In this document: in pieces, positions 49,617 through 58,797 of the stretch
Layout of the letters: each line of letters opens with the position of its first letter
Position numbering within the stretch: the stretch's first letter is position 1
Assembly: GCA_963791905.1 (NCBI GenBank)
Contig: CAWBTX010000008.1
Coordinates: forward strand, 6,359-70,358
From: an uncultured Gaiellaceae bacterium
GTDB taxonomy: Bacteria; Actinomycetota; Thermoleophilia; Gaiellales; Gaiellaceae
DNA length: 64,000 nt
Reading direction: 5' to 3'
Translations under genes and position numbers: made by a program
The notes under the pieces: model-generated
The model's input: only the letters and a program-made list of their open reading frames with translations
Told to the model about the DNA's origin: nothing
The model's database searches: none

Positions 49617-50104
49617 ATCCCGAGTACCGCCGCATCGCGCTCATCGCGGCCGGCCTCGGGCTGATCCTGAGCCTCTTCTTCGCGCTCCGCGACGACGGCG
49701 ACGACGAGGCGGCTACGACGACGCCCACGGTCGCAACCACGACCCAGGCGACCACGACCCAGGCGACCACGACGGCCCCGGCGACGACGACGGAGCCGCC
49801 CGCGACGACGACCGAGCCGACGCCGCCCCCGCCGCCGTACCGCGTCACGATCAGGCTCCGCGTCGTCGGTGGCCAGCCGGTGCCCGGGATCCGCCGGGCG
49901 AAGGTGAAGCAGGGCCGTCAGGTCGAGATCGTCACCACGGCCGACGTCACCGACCACATCCACCTCCACGGCTACGACCTGATGGCCGACGTCGCGCCCG
50001 GCATGCCCGCCCGCATCCGCTTCCGGGCCACGATTCCCGGTCGCTTCGAGGTCGAGCTCGAGGACCGCGGCGTCCCGATCGCCGATCTCTCAGTCACGCC
50101 TTGA
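49613..50104 (+). CDS. membrane-anchored Thr/Pro-rich protein with cupredoxin-like C-terminal domain
   Basis: A GTGA overlap joins it to the gatB stop. The TM helix is [18 protein letters not shown] and the linker is [35 protein letters not shown]. The beta domain ..[29 protein letters not shown] follows. Confidence 0.6.
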   Translation: MNPEYRRIALIAAGLGLILSLFFALRDDGDDEAATTTPTVATTTQATTTQATTTAPATTTEPPATTTEPTPPPPPYRVTIRLRVVGGQPVPGIRRAKVKQGRQVEIVTTADVTDHIHLHGYDLMADVAPGMPARIRFRATIPGRFEVELEDRGVPIADLSVTP

Positions 50105-51456
50105 TCCTGGCCCACGGCATCGGCGGCATCCGCGACCTGCCGGTTCCGGCGTGGCTCTTCCTCTGGGGCGGCGCGATCGTGCTCGTCGCCTCGTTCCTCG
50201 CGCTCGGCACGCTCTGGAAGCGGCCGCAGCTCGACCGACTCTCGGTCGGGAGGCCGCTGCCGGCCGGGCTGGAGGGCTTCCTGCGGTCGACGGCGCTCAG
50301 AGTCGTCGTCGGCGCCGCGTCGGTCGGGCTGCTCGCACTCACCTTCCTGACCGCACTTCTCGGGGAGCCGTCGTCGGCGGTCAACTTCTCGCCCACGTTC
50401 GTCTACGTGGTCTTCTGGCTGGGCGTCCCGGCCCTGCAGATCCTGCTCGGGAACGTCTGGTCGGTGCTGAATCCGTGGCGTGCCGCCGCCGACGGCGTCG
50501 CCTGGGTGTGGGAGAGGCTCGGCCGCACGTGGGAGCCGCTCGCGGCCTATCCTGAGCGCCTTGGCGTCTATCCCGCAGCGGTCCTCCTGTTTGCCTTCAC
50601 GGCGCTCGAGCTCGCCTTCTGGGATCCGGCCAACCCGCGCTCGCTCGCACTCGCAATCGCCCTCTACAGCTACATCAACTGGTTCGGGATGGCGACCTTC
50701 GGACGGGAGGTCTGGACAAAGCACGGGGACGGGTTCGCCGTCTACTTCGAGCTGCTCTCACGCGCGGCGGCGTTCGGAGAGCGCGACGGCCGGCTCGTCG
50801 TGCGCACGCCCTTCAGCGGGCTCGCCGGCGCCGATCCGCGGCCGGGGCTGTTGGCGGTCGTCGCGGTCATGCTCGGCTCGGTCGCCTTCGACGGCTTCAG
50901 CCGGACGACCATCTGGCAGGACCTGCGAATCGAGGTCGAGGGTCCGTACGTGCTCGAGTCGCCCGGCCTCGCCGACCTCCTCGGGATGCTGCTGGCGCTC
51001 GCAGGTCTGGTCGGGGCGATCCTCTTCGTGGCCGGCGCCTACCTCCTCGCGGTGCGGATCGCGCGCGCGGCAACCGAGCGCGGCCGGACGCTCGTGCCCG
51101 ACTTCCTCCCGAGCCTCGTCCCGATCGCGCTCGTCTACGCGATCGCGCACTACTTCACCTCGCTGATCGTGCAGGGCCAGTACGCGATCCCGCTCCTGTC
51201 CGACCCGTTCGGCTTCGGCTGGGACGTGCTCGGCACGATCGACTTCCAGCCGAACCTGTCGCCTTTCGCGCCGAACACCGTGTGGTACCTCCAGGTCGGC
51301 GCACTCGTCGCGGGACATGTCGCCGGGCTGATGATCGCCCACGACCGCGCCGTCACCATCTTTCAGCCCCGGGCGGCTCTTCGCTCCCAATACCCACTGC
51401 TCGCGTTGATGGTGCTGTACACCATCACGGGGATGTGGCTGCTATCCCAGAACTAG
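50101..51456 (+). CDS. polytopic membrane protein (about 12 TM), unknown function
   Basis: A TTGA overlap joins it to the preceding stop. 451 aa and highly hydrophobic. Confidence 0.7.
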   Translation: MILAHGIGGIRDLPVPAWLFLWGGAIVLVASFLALGTLWKRPQLDRLSVGRPLPAGLEGFLRSTALRVVVGAASVGLLALTFLTALLGEPSSAVNFSPTFVYVVFWLGVPALQILLGNVWSVLNPWRAAADGVAWVWERLGRTWEPLAAYPERLGVYPAAVLLFAFTALELAFWDPANPRSLALAIALYSYINWFGMATFGREVWTKHGDGFAVYFELLSRAAAFGERDGRLVVRTPFSGLAGADPRPGLLAVVAVMLGSVAFDGFSRTTIWQDLRIEVEGPYVLESPGLADLLGMLLALAGLVGAILFVAGAYLLAVRIARAATERGRTLVPDFLPSLVPIALVYAIAHYFTSLIVQGQYAIPLLSDPFGFGWDVLGTIDFQPNLSPFAPNTVWYLQVGALVAGHVAGLMIAHDRAVTIFQPRAALRSQYPLLALMVLYTITGMWLLSQN

Positions 51457-51577
51457 ATTTACTGGCGCACGGCGGCGTCGGCGGCGCGATCGTCGAGTCG
51501 CTGGTCGTGCTCGGAATCGCCCTCGTGTTCGCGTCCCTGTGGCTCCGCGAGCGGCGGGCCCGCCGGGACGAAGAGGA

Positions 51578-52180
51578 TCAGATCAAGCCGCAGTAGCGGG
51601 CGCTGTTCGGCCAGGGGTAGAAACCGCGGCCGTTGCGATACGCCCGCTCGGCGACCCACATCTGCTCGAGCGCGGACCAGCGGTTCGCCGTGCCCTTCGT
51701 CCTGAGCAGGTGGTGACCGTAGGCGCGCTGGAACGAGATGTCCATCTGCAGCCCGCCGTAGTAGCCGTTGCCGGTGTACGTCGCCCAGCCCTGGGCCGGG
51801 TGGCGCTCCAGACGGTGGATGCACATCCACGCTGAGCGATGCGGCGGCGTGGCCGCTCGCTGCTCCGCCACGTGTGCGCGCTTCCGCCAGAGGTCTCGCA
51901 TCCAGCGGCGGTACGTCGCGCTCGACGACTCGCGCTCGGTATACGCCGCCGGCGTCAGCCGCGCGCCCATCAGCCGCTGCCAGCGCCATGTGTCGCTGCG
52001 GTAGGCGTCGATCTGCGCGAGGACGTCGATGCGCTCCGATGCCGCGCTCGCCGCACGCGGCTGCACGAGTGCCGCTGCCGCCAGCACCAATGCGCCAACG
52101 AATACGAGCAGTCGCAGGGACGGGTTCGTCACAAACTCTCCTTCGCAGGGGACGTGAATGGCCCGCGAGACCCCGAACAT
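51578..52180 (-). CDS. secreted transglycosylase-like (Rpf/PF06737-type) domain protein
   Basis: The signal/TM segment is LRLLVFVGALVLAAAALV. The C-terminal W-CIHRLE..TGNGYYGGLQMD..WPNSARYCGL resembles the resuscitation-promoting-factor lysozyme-like domain. The start may be the GTG at 52132. Confidence 0.7.
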   Translation of the reverse strand: MFGVSRAIHVPCEGEFVTNPSLRLLVFVGALVLAAAALVQPRAASAASERIDVLAQIDAYRSDTWRWQRLMGARLTPAAYTERESSSATYRRWMRDLWRKRAHVAEQRAATPPHRSAWMCIHRLERHPAQGWATYTGNGYYGGLQMDISFQRAYGHHLLRTKGTANRWSALEQMWVAERAYRNGRGFYPWPNSARYCGLI

Positions 52181-52258
52181 GGCCGCAATGGGTCTCAGTG
52201 GAGCCGTCTAGCCGCGGCAGGCTAGCAAACGGACTGTTTGCAAACGGTAAATTTCCTC

Positions 52259-52921
52259 TCACCGGCGTGCAACCGTGCCCGCATAGAGCAGGACGGCTGC
52301 AACGGCGACGAAGCCGGCCGAGCCGATGACGCCGAGTCCCGAGACGGCGCTGCCGACGGCTGCGAGGGCGAACCCGGCCAGCAGCAGGCTGTTGCCGAGC
52401 GGGCGCCGCCTCAGCGTCGCGAGGGTGACGCCGACGAGCGCGACGGTGCCGGCGACGTTGCCGACGAGGGCGAGAAGCCGCGCGGGCAGGAAGTCGAGAT
52501 GCTGCTGCGCCTCGGGCAGCTCCGTCCCCGAGAGCGGCATCGTGAGCGGTTCGGCGAGCGCGACGCCGGTCGCGAGACCGGCGTACACGAGCACGACCGG
52601 GCCTGCGATCCTCACGCCGACGCCCAGGAGCGAGCCGGCGCCGAGCAGCGGAGCGGTCAGCAGGCCGCCGAAGAGGTAGTAGGCGCGGAAGACGCCGTCG
52701 TTCCAGCCCGCCGCCGCCCCCCACGCGATCGCGGCCGTGCCGAGCGCGTAGGCGGCGAGGCCCGCGCTCCAGGCGAGCAGGTGCGCGGAGCGGCGCTCGC
52801 GCCAGCGCGCCGCGAGCAACCCCGAGAGCCGCAGCGTGAGCAGGGCCGCCCCGAACGCGATCAGCGCCTCCACGGCGGAGAGCGTAGTGCGCTCCGCGAG
52901 GGACGCTAGGCTCAGTCGCAT
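52259..52921 (-). CDS. hypothetical membrane protein (6-7 TM)
   Basis: Hydrophobic 220-aa ORF. The ATG at 52921 shares bases with the divergent ATG at 52920, so a downstream start (GTG at 52873) is possible. Confidence 0.55.
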   Translation of the reverse strand: MRLSLASLAERTTLSAVEALIAFGAALLTLRLSGLLAARWRERRSAHLLAWSAGLAAYALGTAAIAWGAAAGWNDGVFRAYYLFGGLLTAPLLGAGSLLGVGVRIAGPVVLVYAGLATGVALAEPLTMPLSGTELPEAQQHLDFLPARLLALVGNVAGTVALVGVTLATLRRRPLGNSLLLAGFALAAVGSAVSGLGVIGSAGFVAVAAVLLYAGTVARR

Positions 52922-54089
52922 GTCGCGGGAGCCGAAGCCGCAGAAGCGCTACCTGTTCACGCCCGGGCCGACGCCCGTGCCGCCGGAGGTGCTCGCAGCC
53001 CTCGGTGAGCCGGTGCTCCATCACCGGGCGCCGGACTTCCGCGTCGTGTACGAGCGCGTGCTGCGGCGCCTGCAGGAGGTGCATCGCACAAGCTCGGACG
53101 TTCTTCTCTTCACGAGCTCGGGCACGGGGGCGTTCGAGTCTGCCGTCGTGAACCTCTGCTCGCCGGGCGACCGCGTCCTCGTCGTCACCTCAGGCAACTT
53201 CGGTGAGCGGTGGATCGCCATGTGCCGCCGCTTCGGCTGCGAGGTCGAGGAGCTCCGGTATGCCTGGGGCGAGACGCCGTCGCCCGATGACCTCGCCCGC
53301 CGGCTGGACGAGATCGAGCCGGTCTCGGTCGTCGTGCTCGTGCACTCGGAGACATCGACGGGCGTCGTGGCCGACGTGCAGGCGCTTGCCGCCCCGGCGA
53401 AGGAGGCCGGCGCGCTCGTCCTCGTCGATGCGGTCTCGAGCCTCGGCGCGGTCCCGCTCGAGACGGACGAGTGGGGCCTCGACGTCGTCGTCGCGGGCTC
53501 GCAGAAGGCGCTGATGACGCCGCCGGGCCTCGGCACGGTGGCCGTGTCTCCGGCCGCGTTCGAGCACGCCGCCCGCGCGACGTTGCCCCGCTACTACTTC
53601 GACTGGGAGCGCACGCGCAAGGCGCAGCAGAAGGTCGACAGCGCGTTCACACCCGCCGTCTCGCTCGTCGTGGCGCTCGACGTCGCGCTCGAGCGGCTGC
53701 TCGGCGAGGGCCTCGAGACGACGTTTGCGCGGCACGTCCGCCTCGGCCGGGCCTGCCGCGCGGGCATCAAGGCGATGGGCCTCGAGCTCTTCTCGCCGGA
53801 CGAGGACCGCTCCGCCGTCGTCACGGCCGCCCGCATGCCCGACGGCATCGACGCCTCGGCGCTCACGCTCGCGCTGCGGGACCGGCACGGCATCACCATT
53901 GCCGCCGGCCAGGGCGAGCTCAAGGAACAGATCTTCCGAATCGGGCACATCGGCTGGTTCGACGAGTTCGACATCGCGACCGCGCTCTCGGCGGTCGAGC
54001 TCGTCCTGTCGGAGCTCGGGGCGCCCATCGAGCGCGGCGCCGCTGCGTCGCGTGCGCTCGAGGTCTACGCGGAGGGGATGCCCGTCTGA
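52920..54089 (+). CDS. class-V PLP aminotransferase (serine-glyoxylate / phosphoserine aminotransferase-like)
   Basis: RYLFTPGPTPVPPEVL is a typical N-terminus, and SGSQKALMTPPGLG contains the PLP lysine. Its position directly upstream of serA suggests a serine-pathway role. Confidence 0.85.
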   Translation: MSREPKPQKRYLFTPGPTPVPPEVLAALGEPVLHHRAPDFRVVYERVLRRLQEVHRTSSDVLLFTSSGTGAFESAVVNLCSPGDRVLVVTSGNFGERWIAMCRRFGCEVEELRYAWGETPSPDDLARRLDEIEPVSVVVLVHSETSTGVVADVQALAAPAKEAGALVLVDAVSSLGAVPLETDEWGLDVVVAGSQKALMTPPGLGTVAVSPAAFEHAARATLPRYYFDWERTRKAQQKVDSAFTPAVSLVVALDVALERLLGEGLETTFARHVRLGRACRAGIKAMGLELFSPDEDRSAVVTAARMPDGIDASALTLALRDRHGITIAAGQGELKEQIFRIGHIGWFDEFDIATALSAVELVLSELGAPIERGAAASRALEVYAEGMPV

Positions 54090-55648
54090 AGGTTCTCGTC
54101 CGCGAGGAGATCGCTGAGGCCGGCATCGAGCTGCTGCGGAGTCGCTTCGACGTCGAGGTCGACGGCGAGTCGCCGCTCGAGGAGGCGATCGCCGACTGCG
54201 ACGCGATCGTGATCCGCTCGGCGACGCAGCTGACCGCGGACGTCCTCGAGCGCGCGCAGCGCCTGAAGGTGATCGGCCGCGCCGGGGTCGGCGTCGACAA
54301 CGTCGACGTTGCCGCCGCGACGCGTCGGGGGATCGTCGTCGCGAACGCGCCCGACTCGACCGTCGTCTCGGCCGCCGAGCACACAGTCGGTCTCCTCGTC
54401 GCCCTCGCGCGCAACATCCCGCAGGCCCACGCGGCGCTCAAGCAAGGACATTGGGAACGGTCGCGGTGGGCCGGGATCGAGCTCGCCGACAAGACGCTGG
54501 GCGTGCTCGGCTTCGGCAGGATCGGCCGCCAGGTCGCACGCCGGGCCCTCGGCCTCGGGCTCCGCGTCACCGCCTACGACCCCTTCGTCGCGCCGGAGCG
54601 GTTCCGGGAGCTCGGCGCCGAGTACGCCGAGACGCCCGAGGAGGTCCTCGGGTCGGTCGACTTCCTCACGCTCCATCTGCCGCTGACGGAGGAGACGAAG
54701 GGCTTCCTCGACGAGGAGGCCTTCGCCCGCATGCGAACCGGTGTCCGGATCGTGAACGCCGCGCGCGGCGAGCTCGTCGACGAGGAGGCGCTCGCGGCCG
54801 CGATCCGCTCCGGCAAGGTCGCCGGGGCGGCGCTCGACGTCTTCTCGGCCGAGCCGTACTCGGGCGTCCTGCTCGAGCTCGACGAGGTCGTCGTCACGCC
54901 GCATCTCGCCGCGTCCACGGAGGAGGCCCAGGACCGCGCCGGTCTGATCATCGCGGAGCAGGTCGTCGCTGCGCTCGAGGGCGGCCTCGTCACGAACGCG
55001 ATCAACATCCCGGTCGTCGGCGCTGACGACCTCGAGGTGCTCGGCCCGCTGATCCCGCTGGCCGCCCGCCTCGGGCGGCTCGCCGTCGAGCTCGCCGGCG
55101 GGCACCCGAGGCGAATCGCGCTCTCCTACCACGGCGCGCTGGCCGAGCAGGACACGAGGCTCCTCACGGTCGCCGCCCTGAACGGCGCCTTCCAGGGCCG
55201 CGTCGAGCAGGCGGTGAACTACGTCAACGCTCCCGTGATCGCCGCGGAGAGTGGCATCGAGGTGACCGAGGAGAAGAGCACGAAGTCGCGCGACTACATG
55301 AATCTCGTCACCGTCGCCGTGGACGACGTCGAGGTCTCGGGGACGACGATCGGTCCCGAGCACAGGCACTTCCTCGCGGGCGCGCTCGGGTTCGCGATCG
55401 ACCTCCAGCTCTCGCCGCGAATGGTGTTCTTCAGCTACGACGACATCCCCGGTGTGATCGGCCGCATCGGCACGATGTTCGGGGCTGCGGGGATCAACAT
55501 CGCCAACATGGCGGTCTCGCGGACGAAGGAGGGCGGAAAGGCGCTGATGGCCCTGTCGGTCGACTCCGATCCGCCGGCGGAGCTCGTCGCTCGGTTCCGC
55601 GGCGAGGGGTTCGACGACGTCCGCGTGATCTCGCTCGGCGGCGCCTAG
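54086..55648 (+). CDS. serA: D-3-phosphoglycerate dehydrogenase (long form with ASB and ACT domains)
   Basis: KVLVREEIAEAGIELL.., GVLGFGRIGRQVA (the NAD-binding site), NAARGELVDE and TPHLAAST, plus a C-terminal ACT domain. The only start-like codon at the conserved N-terminus is the CTG at 54086. It is preceded by GGAGGGG at 54071..54077 and overlaps the upstream TGA (CTGA). Confidence 0.9.
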   Translation: MKVLVREEIAEAGIELLRSRFDVEVDGESPLEEAIADCDAIVIRSATQLTADVLERAQRLKVIGRAGVGVDNVDVAAATRRGIVVANAPDSTVVSAAEHTVGLLVALARNIPQAHAALKQGHWERSRWAGIELADKTLGVLGFGRIGRQVARRALGLGLRVTAYDPFVAPERFRELGAEYAETPEEVLGSVDFLTLHLPLTEETKGFLDEEAFARMRTGVRIVNAARGELVDEEALAAAIRSGKVAGAALDVFSAEPYSGVLLELDEVVVTPHLAASTEEAQDRAGLIIAEQVVAALEGGLVTNAINIPVVGADDLEVLGPLIPLAARLGRLAVELAGGHPRRIALSYHGALAEQDTRLLTVAALNGAFQGRVEQAVNYVNAPVIAAESGIEVTEEKSTKSRDYMNLVTVAVDDVEVSGTTIGPEHRHFLAGALGFAIDLQLSPRMVFFSYDDIPGVIGRIGTMFGAAGINIANMAVSRTKEGGKALMALSVDSDPPAELVARFRGEGFDDVRVISLGGA

Positions 55649-55661
55649 TAGTCTTTGTCCA

Positions 55662-56174
55662 GTGGAGACGAGCTGGCCGGAGCCGGTCGAGCGAGTCGCC
55701 GCCTTCCTGAGAGAGGCCGGCGCCGAGGCGAGGCTCGAAGAGTTCAAGTCGGGTACGCCGACCGCAGAGGATGCGGCCCGCGCCGCCGGCTGCAGCGTCG
55801 ACCAGATCGTGAAGTCGATCGTCGTCGTCTGCGACGACAGCCCCGTGCTGGCTCTCGTCCCCGGCGACAGGCGTGTGGACACGGAGAAGGTCGCCCGCGA
55901 AGTGGGAAGCTCGGCAGCGCGCGTCGCGCGGGCCGACGAGGTCGAGCGGGCGACGGGCGTTCGCCCCGGTGCGGTTGCGCCGTTCGCGCTCCCGGGCATC
56001 GACCGGGTCTACGTCGACCGGACCCTGCTCGCGCACGAGCTCGTCTGGGTGGGCGCGGGCTCGCCGTCCCACATCGCTGCCTTGCACCCGGCCGAGCTCG
56101 TTCGCCTGACGCGGGCGCGGCCGATGGACGCCGTCCAGGAGCCCGAATACCATTCGAATAGAGGAGACGCTTGA
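55662..56174 (+). CDS. YbaK/EbsC-type aminoacyl-tRNA editing (deacylase) domain protein
   Basis: IVKSIVVVCDDSPVLALVPGDRRVDTEKV..VAPFAL..VWVGAGS. Confidence 0.8.
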   Translation: METSWPEPVERVAAFLREAGAEARLEEFKSGTPTAEDAARAAGCSVDQIVKSIVVVCDDSPVLALVPGDRRVDTEKVAREVGSSAARVARADEVERATGVRPGAVAPFALPGIDRVYVDRTLLAHELVWVGAGSPSHIAALHPAELVRLTRARPMDAVQEPEYHSNRGDA

Positions 56175-57115
56175 TGCGAGAGACCGAGACGATCTGGATG
56201 AACGGCGAGTTCATCGACTGGGCGGACGCCAAAGTGCACGTCGGCGCACACGGCCTGCACTACGGCACCGGCGTCTTCGAGGGGATCCGCTGCTACGAGA
56301 CCCCGCAGGGCCCAGCGATCTTCCGGCTCAAGGAGCACCTCCAGCGTCTCGAGAACTCCGCGCGGCTGCTGTACATGGAGCTGCCGTACTCGGTCGACGA
56401 GATTCGCACGGCGACCCACGAGCTCGTGGGCCGGAACGGCCTGCCGGAGTGCTACGTGCGGCCGTTCGCGTTCTACGGCTACGGCGAGCTGGGCGTGTCC
56501 ACCGCGGGCAACCCGGTCGACGTCGTGATCATGAGCTGGCCGTGGGGCAACTACCTCGGGGACGAGAACCTCGCGACGGGGATCCGCGCCAAGATCTCCT
56601 CGTGGAAGCGCGTGGGCGCGAACACGATCCCGCACGTCGCCAAGGCCACCGGCATCTACCTCAACTCGATGCTTGCCGTGCAGGAGGCCCAGCGGGCCGG
56701 CTACGACGAGGCGATTCTCCTCACCGACGAGGGGTTCGTGGCGGACGGGTCCGGCGAGAACGTCTTCGTCGTCAAGGACGGCCGCATCTGGACGCCGCCG
56801 CTCTCGACCTCGATCCTGCCCGGGATCACACGCGACACGGTGATCCAGATCGCACAGGACCTCGGCTACGTGGTGGAGGAGTCGAACCTCATTCGCTCCG
56901 ACCTCTACATCGCCGACGAGGTGTTCATGACCGGCACTGCGGCCGAGGTGACGCCCGTTCGCTCGGTCGACGATCACGAGATCGGCGCAGGCCCGGTCAC
57001 GCTCGAGCTGCAGCGCGAGTATCTCGACACGGTTCGCGGCGCCAAGGACCGCTGGGGCCACTGGCTCGATCACGTGAACGTCACGCAGGGTGCACCCGCG
57101 CCCGCCGAGGCCTGA
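56174..57115 (+). CDS. ilvE: branched-chain amino acid aminotransferase
   Basis: IWMNGEFIDWADAKVHV..GLHYGTGVFEGIRCY..AKATGIYLNSMLA..GSGENVFVV..LPGITR..FMTGTAAEV. Confidence 0.92.
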   Translation: MRETETIWMNGEFIDWADAKVHVGAHGLHYGTGVFEGIRCYETPQGPAIFRLKEHLQRLENSARLLYMELPYSVDEIRTATHELVGRNGLPECYVRPFAFYGYGELGVSTAGNPVDVVIMSWPWGNYLGDENLATGIRAKISSWKRVGANTIPHVAKATGIYLNSMLAVQEAQRAGYDEAILLTDEGFVADGSGENVFVVKDGRIWTPPLSTSILPGITRDTVIQIAQDLGYVVEESNLIRSDLYIADEVFMTGTAAEVTPVRSVDDHEIGAGPVTLELQREYLDTVRGAKDRWGHWLDHVNVTQGAPAPAEA

Positions 57116-57125
57116 CCGGCCGTCG

Positions 57126-58245
57126 GTGACGGCAGCGCTGAAACAAATACCGCTCTCTTCGCCGTACGTCGACGAGCGGGACGAGGAGCTCGTGCTCGAG
57201 GTGCTCCGCTCGGGGCGGCTCTCGCTCGGGCCGACGATCGACCGCTTCGAGGAGCTCTTCGCCGAGCGCGTGGGAGCTCCGTACGCCGCCGCCGTCTCGT
57301 CCGGGACCGCCGGGCTCCACCTGCTCTGCCGGCTGGCCGGGCTGGGGGAGGGGGACGAAGCGATCACGTCGCCGTACTCGTTCGTCGCCTCGGCGAACTG
57401 CGCCGTCTACGAAGGCGCCGTTCCTGTCTTCGCCGACGTCGACGAGCGCACGATGAACCTCGACCCGGCGGCGGTCGAGGCGGCCGTGACGGAGCGGACG
57501 AAGGTCGTCATCGCGGTGGACATCTACGGGTACCCGTGCGAGCTCGGACCTCTTCCGCGAGATCTGCGCGCGCCACGGACTGACGTTGATCCAGGACGCG
57601 TGCGAGGCGCTCGGGGCGACGTACCGCGGACGGCCGGTCGGATCGCACGGCCCGTCGGCGTCGTTCGCGTTCTATCCGAACAAGCAGATCACGACGGGCG
57701 AGGGCGGCATGGTCACAACGCACTCCGAGGACGAATGGCGCCTGCTCAAGAGCCTGCGGAACCAGGGCCGCGCCGACGGCGGCGGCTGGCTCGACCACGC
57801 GCGGCTGGGCTACAACTACCGCATCGACGACATCCGGGCTGCGCTCGGGATCGGCCAGCTGGAGAAGCTCGAGACGATCCTCACGCTCCGTTCGGCTGCG
57901 GCGGCGCGGTACGCGGAGCTCCTTGCCGACGTCGACGTCGAGGTGCCGTGCGCAGACGACGCCGACCACACGCGCTCCTGGTTCGTCTACGTCGTGAAGC
58001 TGCGGCGCGACGTCGACCGCGAGCGGGTGATCGCGGCGCTCGACCGGGAGGGCATCGCCACGGCGCGGTACCTCCCGTCGATCCACCTGCAGGCGTACAT
58101 GCGTGAGCGGTACGGCTTCCGCGAGGGCATGTGCCCGGTGTCGGAGGACCTCTCCCGGCGGACGCTGGCGCTCCCCTTCCACACGCGCATCGAGCGCGAG
58201 GATCAGGAGCGCGTGGCGGAAGCGCTCGCCGCCGCGCTCGCGTAG
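57126..58245 (+). CDS. DegT/DnrJ/EryC1/StrS-family PLP aminotransferase, frame broken at about 57546
   Basis: The N-terminal part (IPLSSPYVDERDEELVLEVLRSGRLSLGP..AITSPYSFVASAN..VDIYGYPCEL) continues in the +1 frame. That part reads DLFREICARHGLTLIQDACEALGATY..SFAFYPNKQITTGEGGMV..GYNYRIDDIRAALG. Confidence 0.8.
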
Positions 58246-58292
58246 CGCGGCCCGTCCGCACGGCGGCGAGCACAGAGGGCCGCGCAGGAAGC

Positions 58293-58311
58293 TTGTGTTC
58301 CAGGAACACAA
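58293..58311. promoter_or_regulatory. perfect 9-1-9 palindrome TTGTGTTCC-A-GGAACACAA (operator candidate)
   Basis: An AT-rich palindrome in a GC-rich intergenic region upstream of the RemA-like gene. Confidence 0.4.
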
Positions 58312-58364
58312 ACTCTTTCGCGCGCTCGGGCCCGTAGCCAAGCCGTTCGGGCCGAGCAGAGAGG

Positions 58365-58384
58365 CTTGTATCCAGGAACACAAG
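58365..58384. promoter_or_regulatory. second, imperfect copy of the palindrome (CTTGTATCC-A-GGAACACAAG)
   Basis: Its centre is 72 bp from the first copy. Both copies are preceded by a GAGCA(C)AGAGG motif. Confidence 0.4.
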
Positions 58385-58429
58385 CGGCGCTCGGCGCACG
58401 GCTGGCGGAGGGTGGATACTGTCAGGGCG

Positions 58430-58783
58430 ATGGAGCGTGCACGGATGGTCTTCCTCGGGTTCGGCAAGTACGCGCGGGCCGATCGGATCTACGCGCTCCA
58501 GCCGATCACGGGCGACAACCGCGGCGGCGGGCAGCGAACGCTCGTCTGGGTCGAGGGCGTCCCGGACCCGATCGTCGCGTCGCGCACGGAACGCACGATC
58601 CTCCACGACATGGGGCAGGACGCAGCGAGCTCGTCGCCCCTGCTCGACGAGGCGCTCGCGCTGGCCGAGCGACTCGCCGATGACGCCGCCAGCGGCCGGG
58701 TCGACCTCGCCGATCTCGGCCGTCGTGCGCGCAGGCTGCTCGAGGCATCGAACCAGCCGTCCGAGGCCTCGCAGCTCTTCTAG
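58430..58783 (+). CDS. RemA-like (DUF370-like) putative regulatory protein
   Basis: [46 protein letters not shown] loosely resembles the RemA/DUF370 pattern (INIGFGN-V-A-RI-AIVSP...ILSAI-PET). An alternative start is the ATG at 58445. Confidence 0.5.
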   Translation: MERARMVFLGFGKYARADRIYALQPITGDNRGGGQRTLVWVEGVPDPIVASRTERTILHDMGQDAASSSPLLDEALALAERLADDAASGRVDLADLGRRARRLLEASNQPSEASQLF

Positions 58784-58797
58784 CCTCGCGCAGCCGC

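Noticed and set aside
58293-58311. Calling the palindrome an HspR-binding HAIR element.
   Set aside because: It has one mismatch in each half-site relative to CTTGAGT-N7-ACTCAAG, and no dnaK, clpB or lon gene is downstream. The resemblance may be coincidental, so I kept it only as a generic operator candidate.
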